This document shows positions 1-12,255 of a stretch of DNA of 64,000 bases, in pieces. Under the pieces are notes generated by a model. It saw only the letters and a program-made list of their open reading frames with translations. It searched no databases and was not told where the DNA came from. Location: NCBI GenBank assembly GCA_951406725.2, contig OX597815.1, positions 195,362,001-195,426,000 of the forward strand, given 5' to 3'. The first letter of the stretch is position 1; each line of letters starts with the position of its first letter. The position numbers and the translations under genes were made by a program. The stretch is from Octopus vulgaris (taxonomy: Eukaryota).

Positions 1-43
1 GACTTATAACTACTTTGTACATGAATACATACTTTATATATAT

Positions 44-156
<113 letters not shown>

Positions 157-1304
157 TGTTTGCAATTGTGCGTGTCAGTATTGTGTGTAAGTATCACTTC
201 GCTAATACTATCATGGCCGTTAATTCGTAATGTTCACCAAGAGAATTCTTCCGAATACAAAACAATTACGTTTGGCAGAAGATGAAATAACTTTATTTAT
301 CAAGAATATTTAATTAAACAAACTAATGGCTATTAAGAAATTATCCAGACGCCATCTATATAATGAGTGAATAACTGTAATTAATAGGTTAGAATATTTT
401 ACGAATAAGCAGCAGTGACAATCCGTTTGACATCGTGAATGATAATAACGTTGATGTATTGTACAAAGTTTATGGTTTGATACAAAATAATTGAATGCTA
501 AAGGCTCAATGAAATATAGTTTAATGTCGTTCATTATTACAAATATTTGCTGCATCAAATATCTCATATTTTGGTAGATGATATGATAGATGAATCAGGA
601 AAAGCGACAGGGGATAATTTAGATATATTCAGAGAATATTTTATAGTATATCTTTTGTGTATAGTCAAACGTACGACTTTGATATTTGGAACTCCAGGTA
701 AGTTTTCGACGTCGTCCAATTCAGCTCCAGTACAATGCGTGCGTAGGTTGCTTTCATACTTAGCAGTGTTACTTGATATGATAAACATAGATTATATAGT
801 GCAAATTATGATAAACACAAATTTATATCATTTGTTCTCTGATATGTAATCTAGAAATCACTATATGTTATTATACGAATGAAAACAATAAAAGGATATA
901 GAAGATACATAAAATGAAGTTATTGCTTTTAGAAAATGAGAGATATTGTAGGACACCAAATTTGGTAATACGATATATACGGTAATACGCCCGAAAGATC
1001 GAAATATCAAAACACTATCCCAGAATCAAGCTGAATTACTACAACCAGATTTGTGGAGATTTCTTGAAGTATTTGGAGCCAAATCACTGAAAATGGAATC
1101 TATTTCGTCATTGTACATGCTTAATGAAAATATCGAAATGTAAAAAGCATGCTAGATGTATACTTTTTATTAATTTTTACTGGACTGTATGTTTTCCACG
1201 ATTTGTAAAGTAATTTTAATTGAAAAAAATGTTACTTAATGGTTCTTACTGTGTAAATAAATTATAATGAACATGCATGACAAAATATATAGATTAAATA
1301 ATCC

Positions 1305-1500
1305 AAGGCGGTTAGTTGGCAAAGTCGTTAGTATGTCGGGGAACATTATTAGAGACATCTCGTCCGTCTAGATTTTCTGGGTTCGATTTCGACTTAATTC
1401 AATTTAGCTTGTCAACATACCAGGTTCGATAGAATAAGTACCATTTGAGTACCAGAATCGATGTAATCAACTTCCACAAAATACCTGAAATTGTACCAAA
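1305..1500 (+). mobile_element. Degenerate SINE family A copy (head AAGGCGGCGAGCTGGCAG type)
   Basis: aaggcggttagttggcaaagtcgttag...ttctgggttcgatttc...tcgatagaataagtacca aligns by eye with the better copy at 2623-2837. Confidence 0.7.
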
Positions 1501-1535
1501 ATTTACATTCATAATACACTGGTTAAAATGACATT

Positions 1536-1886
1536 GGCGAGGGTGGTGACCAACCTTCGGCCAGACACTGACCATGGGTTTGCACCTAGAGAGTTACCCT
1601 CTGAGGCACAAGTCTGGGCAAAGTTGTTTTATGGAAGACCAGCAGTCGCCCATGCATACCGGCCTCCCCTCTCCACGTCACCGATGTTGTCCAAGGGAAA
1701 GGCAAGGGCCGATACAGCTTGGCACCTGTGACGTCGCAACTCATTTCTACAGCTGACTGAACTGGAGCAACGTGAAATAAAGTGTCTTGCTCAAAAACAC
1801 AAGAAGCAGCCCGGTCCGGGATTCGAGCTCACAACCTCACGATCGTAAGCTCGACGCTCTAACCACTGAGCCACGCGCCTTCACTC
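1536..1886 (-). mobile_element. Full-length tRNA-derived SINE (family C) with 12-bp TSD
   Basis: Minus-strand head GAAGGCGCGTGGCTCAGTGGTTAGAGCG...GAGCTCGAATCCCGG has Pol III A and B boxes; flanked by TAAAATGACATT at 1524-1535 and 1887-1898. Confidence 0.92.
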
Positions 1887-2070
1887 TAAAATGACATTAC
1901 GAAATTCCATTTGAATGATATATGTGTATATTTAAAAGATCACTGAAACGCATCGTCACAGTTTCAACTCAGATAATTTCCCCATTGAATAATATTGTTC
2001 TTACTTATGTGGTCTACGATATATAAAGAGAGGTTTCAATATATATTTATGTACATACAGGCATGCACAC

Positions 2071-2112
<42 letters not shown>

Positions 2113-2462
2113 AAGGAGTGGTTGTGCGGTAAGAAGCTTGCTTCCTAATCGCATGGTTCAGGGTTCGTTCAGCCCCACCCCCTGCGTGTCAACTTGGGCA
2201 AGCCTCTTCTACTTAAGTCTTGGGTTCTCCCTATATATATATGTATATATATATGTATGTATATATGCATATGTGGGAATTTATGCCCACGCGCGTGTGT
2301 TTGTCTCTACCATCACTTTACAACGGTGGGGTTCAACAAAGGGATCAACATAAGCGACCGATAGAATAAGTATTAGACTTTAAAAGAATAAATCCTGATT
2401 TCGATGTGTTCGAATTAAAGGTGGTGATCCAGCATGGTCACAGTCAAATGACTGAAACAAGC
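2113..2462 (+). mobile_element. SINE family B (tRNA-like head, internal microsatellite), degenerate
   Basis: Head ggagtggttgtgcggtaagaagcttgcttcc and tail ccagcatggtcacagtcaaatgactgaaacaag match the copies at 39881-40308 and 56687-57052. Confidence 0.8.
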
Positions 2463-2468
2463 CAAATA

Positions 2469-2587
<119 letters not shown>

Positions 2588-2622
2588 ATTAGTACTTTGA
2601 TATCATGATTATAATTTGTTTG

Positions 2623-2837
2623 AAGGCGGCGAGCTGGCAGAAACGTTAGCACGCCGGGCGAAATGCTTAGCAGTATTTCGTCTGCCGTTACGTTCTGAGT
2701 TCAAATTCCGTCGAGGTCGACTTTGCCTTTCATTCTTTCGGGGTCGATAAATTAAGTACCAGTTACGCACTGGGCTCGATCTAATCAACTGGATCGCTCC
2801 CTCAAAATTTCGTGCCTTGTGCCTAGAGTAGAAAACA
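2623..2837 (+). mobile_element. SINE family A
   Basis: aaggcggcgagctggcagaaacgttagcacgccgggcg...gagttcaaattcc...gactttgcctttcattctttcggggtcgataaattaagtacc; imperfect TSD ataatttgtttg (2611-2622) / ataacttgttcg (2838-2849). Confidence 0.9.
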
Positions 2838-3406
2838 TAACTTGTTCGTTTTCCTGATATTTATGTTATATTAATATTTGTAATTATAATTTCATTTTGT
2901 TTTCGTGTACTGTTAGTTGTATTCCTGCAGCATGGGATTCAATCAACGTCTGTTTTGTTTCATAATAATTTTCCTTAATCGAAAATCAAGTGACATAATA
3001 CCCCGAAATATTGCCTAAAACAAAACTCTTACAAAATCAAATCTATAGAAAACAGAGATGTGTAGAAAGAACCGCTTGCGGCAGAAGCTATATAAAATTA
3101 GTTGGGAGAAAAATTAAAATGAAGCCACAAGCAGCTTTTGTTCAAGAAAATTTCATCATTTGCACATTTAATAAGCTAGTGTTTTAAACAGAAACATATT
3201 AATTTCGCAAATTGAAATGTTGTTCTCACACACATACACGCGCGAGCAGGCACGCACGCACACACATACACACAGACACGTATAGGAAAATACAACTTCT
3301 ATTAAACATCTATGAAAATTGACAATATTTTTAATCAAAGGAACTACTGTTGCCGCTGTTGATACTGCAGCTGCAATTGCTACTATAGTATAAGATGTTA
3401 ATTTCG

Positions 3407-3531
<125 letters not shown>

Positions 3532-3871
3532 TTGTTAAATAGAAAACGTTACTTAGTTTGTCGATGAAGGTTATATAACTTACATATAATATATATTTTA
3601 TATCTAATATATAATAATATTTTGCACATTACTTAATCATTGCTATATGTTTTATCTTATATTTGATCTTTCTATATGTAATTTTTCTAAATGGTATAAT
3701 TTAAAGTTTCATTGTTGAATTGATAAAAGGTGGGTTTTTTTTCAATTTCATACACACACACACACGCACACACATATATATATATATAGCCATTCAAAAT
3801 GTGACCGCGTGTGTACCGTGGGCGATTTTTTTTCGTCCGTCTTCCCTTCTTTGGGTCTTTCCTTTTCCTAT

Positions 3872-3906
3872 GTTTCTGACGAAGAGCTCCGCTCGAAAGG
3901 TTAAAT
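3872..3906 (+). ncRNA. Minimal type I hammerhead-ribozyme-like motif in a short interspersed repeat
   Basis: gttt-CTGACGA-a-gagc(tcc)gctc-GAAA-gg-TT-aaat: intact CUGANGA and GAAA core, 4-bp stem II, stem I gttt/aaat; stem III is disrupted (gg where palindromic cg is expected). Confidence 0.6.
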
Positions 3907-4139
3907 CCTCCATCTTTCCTTCTTTCCAATAATACTGTACTTGTTCCACGTCCTCGCGTTGTTGTGTTTTCTCTTTGTGTTTTCATGTTTTGATTAACTA
4001 TATATATATATAGTTACATTTAACGGTTTCAGCTCAAAGCTGAAGCTATGCTGGGGCATCGCCGTTTTGCTACACTGTTATTATTGAGAGCTTCCTCTGA
4101 TATGTGGCATTTGGTGAATAAGTGAGTTAGATGTCGCTG

Positions 4140-5310
4140 CACCCATTTGCACCTCCGGGCGTGAGGTGGATTCATCTAGGACTCGCGACAGGCAGAGATC
4201 CAGTTTTCTTTAGAAAGCATATATCCACTTTTTGGAGGCCCCTGAGACTCTTTGGGAAAATATTAAAATGCTGAAGGCCCTTGAAACACAAGCTGTTACA
4301 GTAATTGGTCTTGGAGCGCGACGGCATTGTTGCAATACTTGGCACTGTGCAGTGGTGAACAGTTCTGGCATTTGTGTAGCTTTTAGTGTCAAAATTTGGC
4401 AGAATCCCTTCCAGGACCTTCCAGATATATATCACTGAATATCTCTCCCGCCTTCGCTACAGGGAGTAGAGTTTTAACTATGTCAGCCTCTCCCCGTAGT
4501 TGAGCTGTTGCAATGAGACGATCTTCGTTCTGAAAACCATGCTGGGAATCACTCAGCAAGTCAATTGAAGGAATGCCATTAGTTTCCATGACTGCTGACA
4601 TGTGTGTTAGAAAGCTAGGACTATAATTTTTGGCATCTGCTCTGCTTCCTGCTTTATGGATTGGGTATATAATTCCCGTCTTCAGTTTGCTTGACAGATT
4701 GCCATTTGCAATAAAATTCTGTAAGAGTGCCTGTAATGGTTTCGCCAGGGCACGTTTGCACGATTTGGGGAAGATTGCTGGAAAACAATCAGAACTAGCA
4801 GCTGAGTTTGCATTCCGCTCCCCTGGGGTTAGTATTATATCTCCTTCTCCAATATCCATGTAATCAATTGTAACTGCCTCGCTTGTTATAGGTGATGCGG
4901 TAAAGAAATCTATTGGTTCATCACTGGTCTGTTTTACAACGGCGTAGTGAAGACACTTTTGAACTGGTCATCAGTACTTAACCGATCATTATTTGGTTGT
5001 CTGTGAGGGAGCTGTCCTTCTGGAAAAGGGGCCCTATTTTGCAGCGTTCGAAGTCCGTTTCTTTGGCATATTGAAAGAAGACCATTGGGTTTGACTTAAT
5101 GTTTTTTATAAACTAGGTTTCGTTGTCTGCTCTCTCCTTTATGTTTTTTTATAACTCAGGCTTCTTTGTCTGCTCTCTTCATTTTTAGGCGGGACCTTCC
5201 ACTATTTGGGGGATGTCGGTTGAAGCGATTTGCAAACTTCGTTCCTCGTTGCAGAATCTTCATCTTCCTTTGAATCTCGTTCTTTTTGTCTTGACCTTGT
5301 GCCCTGGGAC
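4140..5310 (-). pseudogene. CR1-like LINE ORF2 relic with internal deletion of most of the RT core
   Basis: Minus-strand peptides SAASSDCFPAIFPKSCKRALAKPL, IIYPIHKAGSRADAKNYSP and LLSDSQHGF (pre-RT and RT domains 1-2) are followed closely by KLYSL*RRRERYSVIYIWKVLEG and NSLCFKGLQHFNIFPKSLR (typical CR1-type C-terminus); stops and frameshifts are present. Confidence 0.85.
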
Positions 5311-5324
5311 ATATATTTAGCATA

Positions 5325-5540
5325 TACTTTCCTACTCTAGGCACAAAGCCCGAATTTTTTTGGAGAGGAGGCCATAATACGCAACTGGTCGACCATAATA
5401 CGCAACTGGTACTTAACGACACCGAAAGGATGAAAGACCAAGTCGACCTCGGTGGAATTTGAACTCAGAACGTAAACACAGACAAAATACTGTTCAGCAT
5501 TTCTCCCGGCGTGCTAATGTTTCTGACAGTTCACCGCCTT
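5325..5540 (-). mobile_element. SINE family A
   Basis: Reverse complement of the 2623-2837 type: gtcgacctcggtggaatttgaactcagaacg...caccgcctt. Confidence 0.88.
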
Positions 5541-5569
5541 AAATAGAGGTACTACGCTTTTTTGCCAGC

Positions 5570-5692
5570 TAAATAGGCTGGAGCAACGTGAAATAATGTG
5601 TATTGCTCAAGCACACAACGCCGCACCGGGAATCGAACAGCACGACCTTACGTTCGTGAGCCGATTGCCGTAGACACTGCGCCACACGCCAT
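5570..5692 (-). mobile_element. SINE family C, 5' portion
   Basis: ctggagcaacgtgaaataatgtgtattgctcaag...gccacacgcc matches 1762-1880. Confidence 0.8.
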
Positions 5693-5997
5693 CACTTTAT
5701 GTAGCACATAGCGTGCATAAAAGACATGAAATACTCTAGTTTCATGTCTATGTCTGGTGTGGAGAGAGGTTTCGGCCATTCTTCTCTGAAGGTTTCTTTT
5801 CATCTCACACGGCTGGAAATATAGGAAAAAGTGTAGCTAAAATTCCACTGAAGATACTTGTTTCTATATTCAAAGATTTAATCGGTTTTCATTTTCTCTG
5901 ATTTTCAAAAATTTAACACGTGGCTTGTGTAACAACTGTTTTGCTTCGAAGGGAGTTCATGTCTTAAATTAATATATGTTTTGAGTAGTACTTGATT

Positions 5998-6565
5998 CCT
6001 TTCTACTCTAGGTACAAAGCGCGAACCTTTCGGGGAGGGGGCCAGTACGCAACTGGTACTCAATTTATCGACCTCGATGTTATGAAAGGCAAATTCGACA
6101 TCGGATGAATTTGAACTCAGAACGTAAAGTCAGACGAAATACCTATTTCTTTACTACCCGCAAGGGGCTAAACACAGAGAGGACAAACAAGGACAGAGAA
6201 ATGGATTAAGTCGATTATATTGACCCCAGTGCGTAACTGGTACTAATTTAATCGACCCCGAAAGGATGACACGCAAAGTCGACCTCGGCGGTATTTGAAC
6301 TCAGAACGTAACGGCAGACAAAATACCTATTTCTATTTCTTTACTACTCACAAAGGGCCAAACACAGAGAGGACAAACAAGGACAGACAAACGGATTAAG
6401 TCGAATTGATCGACCCCAGTGCGTAAATGGTGCTTAATTTATCGACCCCGAAAGAATGAAAGGCAAAGTCGACCTCGGCGGAATTTGAACTCAGAACGTA
6501 ACGGCAGACGAAGTACCACTAAGCATTTCGCCTGGCATGCAAAAGATTCTGTCAGCTCACCGCCT
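5998..6565 (-). mobile_element. SINE family A multimer (one head plus tandem ~185-bp body/tail units)
   Basis: Three successive copies of (g)acctcggcggaatttgaactcagaacgtaa at ~6110, ~6285 and ~6475; a single head ends at ~6565. Confidence 0.9.
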
Positions 6566-6697
6566 TTGAATAGATCTTAATTGGTAAAGGATAGTCACAT
6601 GACTGGTCTTAGAAAACTTTGCATAGTCTCCGGTTTGTCCGTGTTTTAGTATCAAGTGACAATGCTTGGCATCATAACTACATATATATATATATAG

Positions 6698-6854
6698 AGG
6701 GTTCAAATTCCGCCGAGGTCGACTTTGCTTTTCATCCTTTCGGGGTCGATAAATTAAGTACCAGTTACGCACTGGGTTCGATGTAATCGACTTAATCCCT
6801 TTGTCTGTCCTTGTTTGTCCCCTCTGTGTTTAGCCCCTTGTGGGTAGTAAAGAA

Positions 6855-6856
<2 letters not shown>
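6698..6856 (+). mobile_element. 5'-truncated SINE family A between (TA)n tracts
   Basis: ggttcaaattccgccgaggtcgactttg...gtgggtagtaaagaaat. Confidence 0.9.
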
Positions 6857-6886
<30 letters not shown>

Positions 6887-7732
6887 CAACAAGAAAATGA
6901 AGGGGATCAATAGGTGGTTCATCAACTTTTAGACATTATATTATGTCAATTTATTTATTTAGTTGCTAAAATGACAATTACAAGAATATACATACATCTA
7001 TAACAATTATACTTTACATAATCTACACGAGCCACACTAAACATGTTACTCTTATGTGGTTGGGCGTTACACTGAAATAGCGAGACTTGGCGAATTCAAT
7101 AATATAAAACATTATCTCTCGATGACACATTTGGGAGGAAGTATTTGTTTTATCAAAAGCTTGCGGTGAAAGCAAAATTGCTTTCGGCGAGATGTTTAAA
7201 TGGTAAAAAGTGAAAACCACGTGACAAACACAACAGGGTATTTTTTTACGTTACTGTAAAAATCCTGACAATCAACTTAATTAAATATAAAATTGAGAAA
7301 AATATAGCCTCAGCACTATCCATTTCAAAACGTCTATGGCACTCAAATAAATATGAATCAAATTCCAGTAAATAATACGACTTCTTTCCTCTATACAAAA
7401 TACTATGTACGATATAACAAGCAATCGTATGTTACACAACCACATATATAGCTCGTTCTCTCTCTCTCTCTCAACACACACACATATGTTTTGAATAGGA
7501 CTTGATTCTTTTGTACTCTAGGCACAAGGCTCGAAGGTTTTGGGGAGGGCGCCAGTCGATTAGCATCTGTCCAATCAGATTCACAAGGAATCATGAAAAC
7601 ATCGATTTGTGGGTTTGATTCAGCCTCAGGTTAGCTCATCATTTTACGGCCCTTTGTATTTATAAACTGTCGAGTTAAAATCAGAGAATAAATATTATTA
7701 TGATATGTATTATATATACAGTTATTATATAC

Positions 7733-7783
<51 letters not shown>

Positions 7784-8458
7784 GGAACAAGAACGTAAAA
7801 CATCCAGATAGGGGATACAAAAAAGAGGACAACAAAACATTCAGACAGACGATACAAAGAAAGCAAGGACGGGTCATTCGGGGTTTACTTTCCTTAGGCG
7901 AGTTCCAGATTATATTTGCAATTTCGTCTGGTGATACTCGAGATTGCTCCAATCTGGCCAGCCCCAAGGAAAAACTAAGCTAAGAGCATTAGATTCATTG
8001 GAAAAAAGCGGCGAATATATACGAAAACGAGGACTAAAAAGACGGAGAATGTTACACAAATACAAATAAGATGACATAACAACAGTTGTATTTCCACTAA
8101 GGACGAATTAAATTATGCTGGCGTGAGGAAGTAAAGCTTTATGGCAGCGGTACAAGGTTTCATAGGCACAGGGAGAAATATAGATGTTGCACGGACAGCG
8201 GCCGAAAAAATAAAGAAAGGTTAGGCTTGGACGAACACCGGTCACTGTTGAGAAAAGAGAGAGAGGTAGAGGCAGAGGGACTGAAGAAATAAGGAGAGAC
8301 GAGAAAAGTGACAGGAACACTGTGAAGTGAAAGAGGAGGGAAAGTGAGCATAAGGAGAAGGCAGGGGAAATGTGAGAGAGGGAGAACGAAAGAATGAAGT
8401 AAGCCTGAAAAGAAGGAAAGAATAAAACAAAGGAAGAATAGAGTCGGATAAGTCGTAC

Positions 8459-11400
8459 CAGGGGCGTGCACTCTCAGCAATGCAAGGTATGCGCTGCATG
8501 CCTTCCTTGTTTCAAAGAAAATACGTCCAGTTGTTTTAGAAATATTGTCTCTACTTCGTACATCTGCTTTGATAAATGCTTTTAGAAGATCGCATGATAC
8601 ACACTCCCTCTCTGTCTGTATTAGTTTGTCCTTCATTCCTCTCTCTCTCTCTCTCTATCTTAGTGACTCGATAAATTTATCGCTTGTCATGCGTTGGGAA
8701 GACAGCATGAGTCCCTTCTCTCTGTCTTTGATAGTTTGTCCCTTTTCCCTCTTTCTTTGTTTAAAAGATATACTACGAGGAATGGTCACCCCCTTCTCTC
8801 TCTCGGCGATTCGACAAATTCAGTTTGGCGTGTCATGCTGTGCTTAGATCGCATATCACGCCTCTGGCTATTTTGACCGGAACAAGAGCCGTCCCATAAT
8901 TCTTGTTTTAGCCAGCTGAAATGTTGGAATAGCCTTCGCATGTAAGTTTAAAATTTTTTATCCAAAACATCCGTTTGCACTATCATATTTTTAGAAAGTT
9001 TTGAAAGCAAAAATATCTACATTATATTTCTTATTTCAGAAATAGCTAATTGATCTTAAATTAATTTAACAAAGGGTATTTTTCCGTTTTGTTGAAATTG
9101 ACTTAAAATTTACGCCGGCGCTTCCACGTGGGTCCTTAAATAAGAGCAGCCTTTTTCAAAATGAGTGAAATGTGTGCTATAAACGATATTTTGAGAACTA
9201 GTTTTTCTAAAAGATCCAACATCGCTCTATGGGAAAAAATTAATTATAAATCGCGGGAGACCAACACCGAATTTACCTAATTTGCGAAGCTACAACAAGA
9301 AATTCACGAGACAATTTCAGGTTAATTCGTATGAAAAGAAGAAATGGTTAACTGGAAGTGTTGCTCTTAATAAATCATTCTGTTGGCCGTGTTTACTTTT
9401 TGGCTTAGAAAAAAATGTTTGGAATGATAAAGGCTATGATGATTTAAATAATTTACATATGGCTATGCTAAAGCACGAGCGTTCTCAAAGGCATATAAAA
9501 TGTTTGATAGACCTTAAAATATTCGGGAATGTTCGCATAGACTTACAATTAGATGCACGTAAAAATCAAAGAATACAACAGCATAATGAGAAAGTTCGAC
9601 GAAACAGATCCATTCTGCAACGATTGATCGATGTTGTTATTTTTTTAGGCCTCCAGGAATTATCGTTTCGGGGTCATTTTGAATCTGAAGGCTCTAATAA
9701 TCGGGGAAATTATAAAGAACTCGTTTATTTGATCAGTAAGTATGACAAACAAATGGAAAGTCATTTAGATACAGCTTCTATCTTCACTGGTCTGTCGAAC
9801 AGAATTCAAAATGACTTGATCGAAGCAATTCATAAAGTTATGTTGAATGAGATACAGAAGGAAATTGACCAAGCTAAGTTTGTTTCTATTCTTGTTGATG
9901 AGACATCTGATGTCTCAGCATCTTCACAACTGTCAACAGTTTTACGTTATGTTACAGAAGACTGTGTGACGAAAGAACGATTTATCGGTTTTAGTGATGT
10001 TAGTGCAGATCGATCTGCAAATGCTTTATCTGAACATGTTTTTAAATGCATTGAGACGTGGGAATGTGGAAACAAATTGATTGCGCAGACATATGATGGT
10101 GCCGCTACAATGGCAGGACAACTAAATGGGTTACAGGCAAAAGTAAGAAAGAAATATGAATGTGCGATCTTTATTCATTGTTGTGCCCATATCCTAAATT
10201 TAGTTCTTTCACAATCATGCTCTGCTATGAAAGAATGCAAGATATTTTTTTCTACAATAAATGGACTCGGTACATTTTTTACGAAATCACCGAAAAGGAC
10301 TAATGGATTAGATAATATTGTTAAAAAAAGATTTCCGAAAGCAACAGCAACTAGATGGAATTACTCCTCACGTCTTATTATTACCACAAAGGAAAATTAT
10401 AATTTCATAATCAGCCTTTTTGAACACATCATTGAAAATCCTGAAGCATGGGATGAGACCACCATAAATTCAGCAATTGGATTCTTACACACTTTAAAAG
10501 CTCCTGATTTCTTATTTTTGTTAGAGGTATTCAGTGACATTTTTTCTTTTACTGACGTCTTATTTAACATACTCCAGAGTAAAAGTCATGACATAGTGTA
10601 TTGTAAACAGCAAATAGATAAAACTAGAACTGTACTCGAAAACAAACTTGATAATTTTTCAGTCTTTTATGATAGGTTAGGGAAAAATATGGAGTCGATG
10701 CAGGAATCGGAATTCAGAGATCCAAGAATATATCTATTGATCCCCAACGACATTATAGAACGCTTTATAACAAAATTATAAGTACAATAGTTGAACAAAT
10801 AAAAGCACGATATTCATCCTTAGAAGAGTTTAAATTCATGGAACTTTTGAATTTCAACAAAGTTGATGAGTATTGCAAACAATTTCCTGTGGACTCTTTA
10901 GATTCTTTAAGAACAACTTATGGCAGATTTTTTGATGTAATACGATTACAAAGTGAGCTCAATGTGATGTATTCAATGAAAGATTTTAAAAAACCAAGTG
11001 TAAGTCATTTAATGAGTTACATTAACAGCACTGATCTTGTTGAAGCTATGCCAGAACTCTTCAATCTGTGCAAGTTGATTTTGACAATTCCGTCTACCAC
11101 TGCTTCTGTAGAGCGATCCTTTTCTGCATTAAGTAGAATTAAACATACCAAAGAAATGCGACAGGAGAAAGAAGACTGTCTGGGTTAGCACTAATGTCAA
11201 TTGAAAAAGATTTATTACAAGAATTGATGAAAAGAGAAGATTTCTATGAAAATGTGATAGATATATTTGCCCAGAAAGATCGAAGAATTGAATTAATTTA
11301 TAAATGAGCTAAGTAACATTTTAAAACATTAAAAAATATATATATTAAAGAGCATATATTACAGGTTTTGCTTAGTGTTTGTTATAACGTAAGGTTCGAC

Positions 11401-12255
11401 CTTCTTACATCAGTATTGTTTCGCAGGAGAAATGTTTTGATTTCTTCGTGAAACCTACCTACATAGATTTCCTTTCTGTGCTGCTGGGTGTAGTCTATTT
11501 ACGGCCGTAAATAAGTGTTTTGTTTCACTTTCAATAAGTGTCTTGTTTCAATCTCAGAGATGTTGACTTCTGCCACAACAGTTTTGGGAGGCTTTTTACA
11601 ATGTTGAATTTTCGCTGTCTTTCATTGTGTGCGTATTCATGTATATGCGTGTATTTTCAATGTTTGTGCGTGAGACGTAGTCCTTTAATGTACGGAGTTC
11701 AGTAAGTCTCAGAACAGTCAATAATTTTCCCGGAATTGACAAGTAGCATGATAAAGAACCTGACTTGTCTTCGAGAGCGTAACGATCTAAAACCATGGCC
11801 ATATAATGTAACTAAATGTGTTCTTTTAATTAAATCATTTCATTCAGCTCAACCGATAGGTATAGGGGCTAATGCAGAATCGCACCCCTTTGAAAAACGA
11901 ATTTATGTGAAAATTTTTTTTCGGATTCCTACCTTTAACAGAGATTCTGAATATGCAAAAATATTGACAGAATCCAATTTCATCTTTATTACATTTCACT
12001 TATGATTTTTAGACTTTTCTAAGGGAGAATGAGGATGGGAAAGTACTGACGTTTCGAAGAGCAAAGAATAATACAAACAATACACTTATTTCAGGATCAT
12101 CTCTGCACAGCCATTTTTTATTCCCTGTTTATTCTGCATATTCAGAATCTCTTATATGTAAATCGTAGGAATACGAAAATGTTTTACTGAAAAATTGCCG
12201 GGGGGGGGATGAAATTAATTGCATGCCCAACGCCGGAAGTCACCGCACGCCACTG
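8459..12255 (+). mobile_element. Complete hAT-superfamily DNA transposon (~3.8 kb, Tip100-like TIRs)
   Basis: Left TIR CAGGGGCGTGC (8459-8469) and right TIR, reverse-complemented, CAGTGGCGTGC (12245-12255); perfect 8-bp TSD AGTCGTAC at 8451-8458 and 12256-12263; internal hAT transposase. Confidence 0.96.
9161..11307 (+). pseudogene. hAT transposase (ZnF-TTF / DUF4371 / hAT dimerisation domain; ZMYM1/THAP12-like), split by about three frameshifts
   Basis: Motifs WL...FCWPCLLF...KHERSQRH (TTF zinc finger), LSFRGH, SNRIQNDLI, ILVDETSD, QTYDGA, IHCCAH, TRW and IPSTTASVERSFSAL. ATG at 9161; frameshifts near 9230, 10700-10745 and 11141; the shifted frame continues RLSGLALMSIEK...RRIELIYK* to TGA at 11305-11307. 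Confidence 0.93.

Noticed and set aside
300-850. Possible decayed hAT (Buster-type) transposase fragments on the minus strand (ELDD, CTIHQ)
   Set aside because: The motifs are short and out of the expected order; cannot be supported without a profile search.
1810-1886. tRNA-like sequence
   Set aside because: It is the head of a SINE with body and TSD, not a tRNA gene; the same applies to 13880-13952, 40240-40308 and 56687-56760.
5755-5812. Minus-strand gtgtgag...ggcc-GAAA-cc-tc-tctccacac resembling a hammerhead
   Set aside because: The core box and stem II do not form convincingly.
5998-6565. Regularly spaced repeats superficially like a CRISPR array
   Set aside because: Whole ~185-bp units are repeated with no unique spacers; eukaryotic SINE multimer with no cas genes.
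7915-7975. Minus-strand ctgg...ccag-ac-GAAA-ttgcaa hammerhead-like arrangement in a dispersed repeat
   Set aside because: No CUGANGA box and no UH cleavage site; too degenerate to call.
9282-10781. Host ZMYM1/THAP12-like domesticated gene
   Set aside because: The ORF lies inside TIRs with a perfect 8-bp TSD and is frameshifted, so it is a transposon copy.
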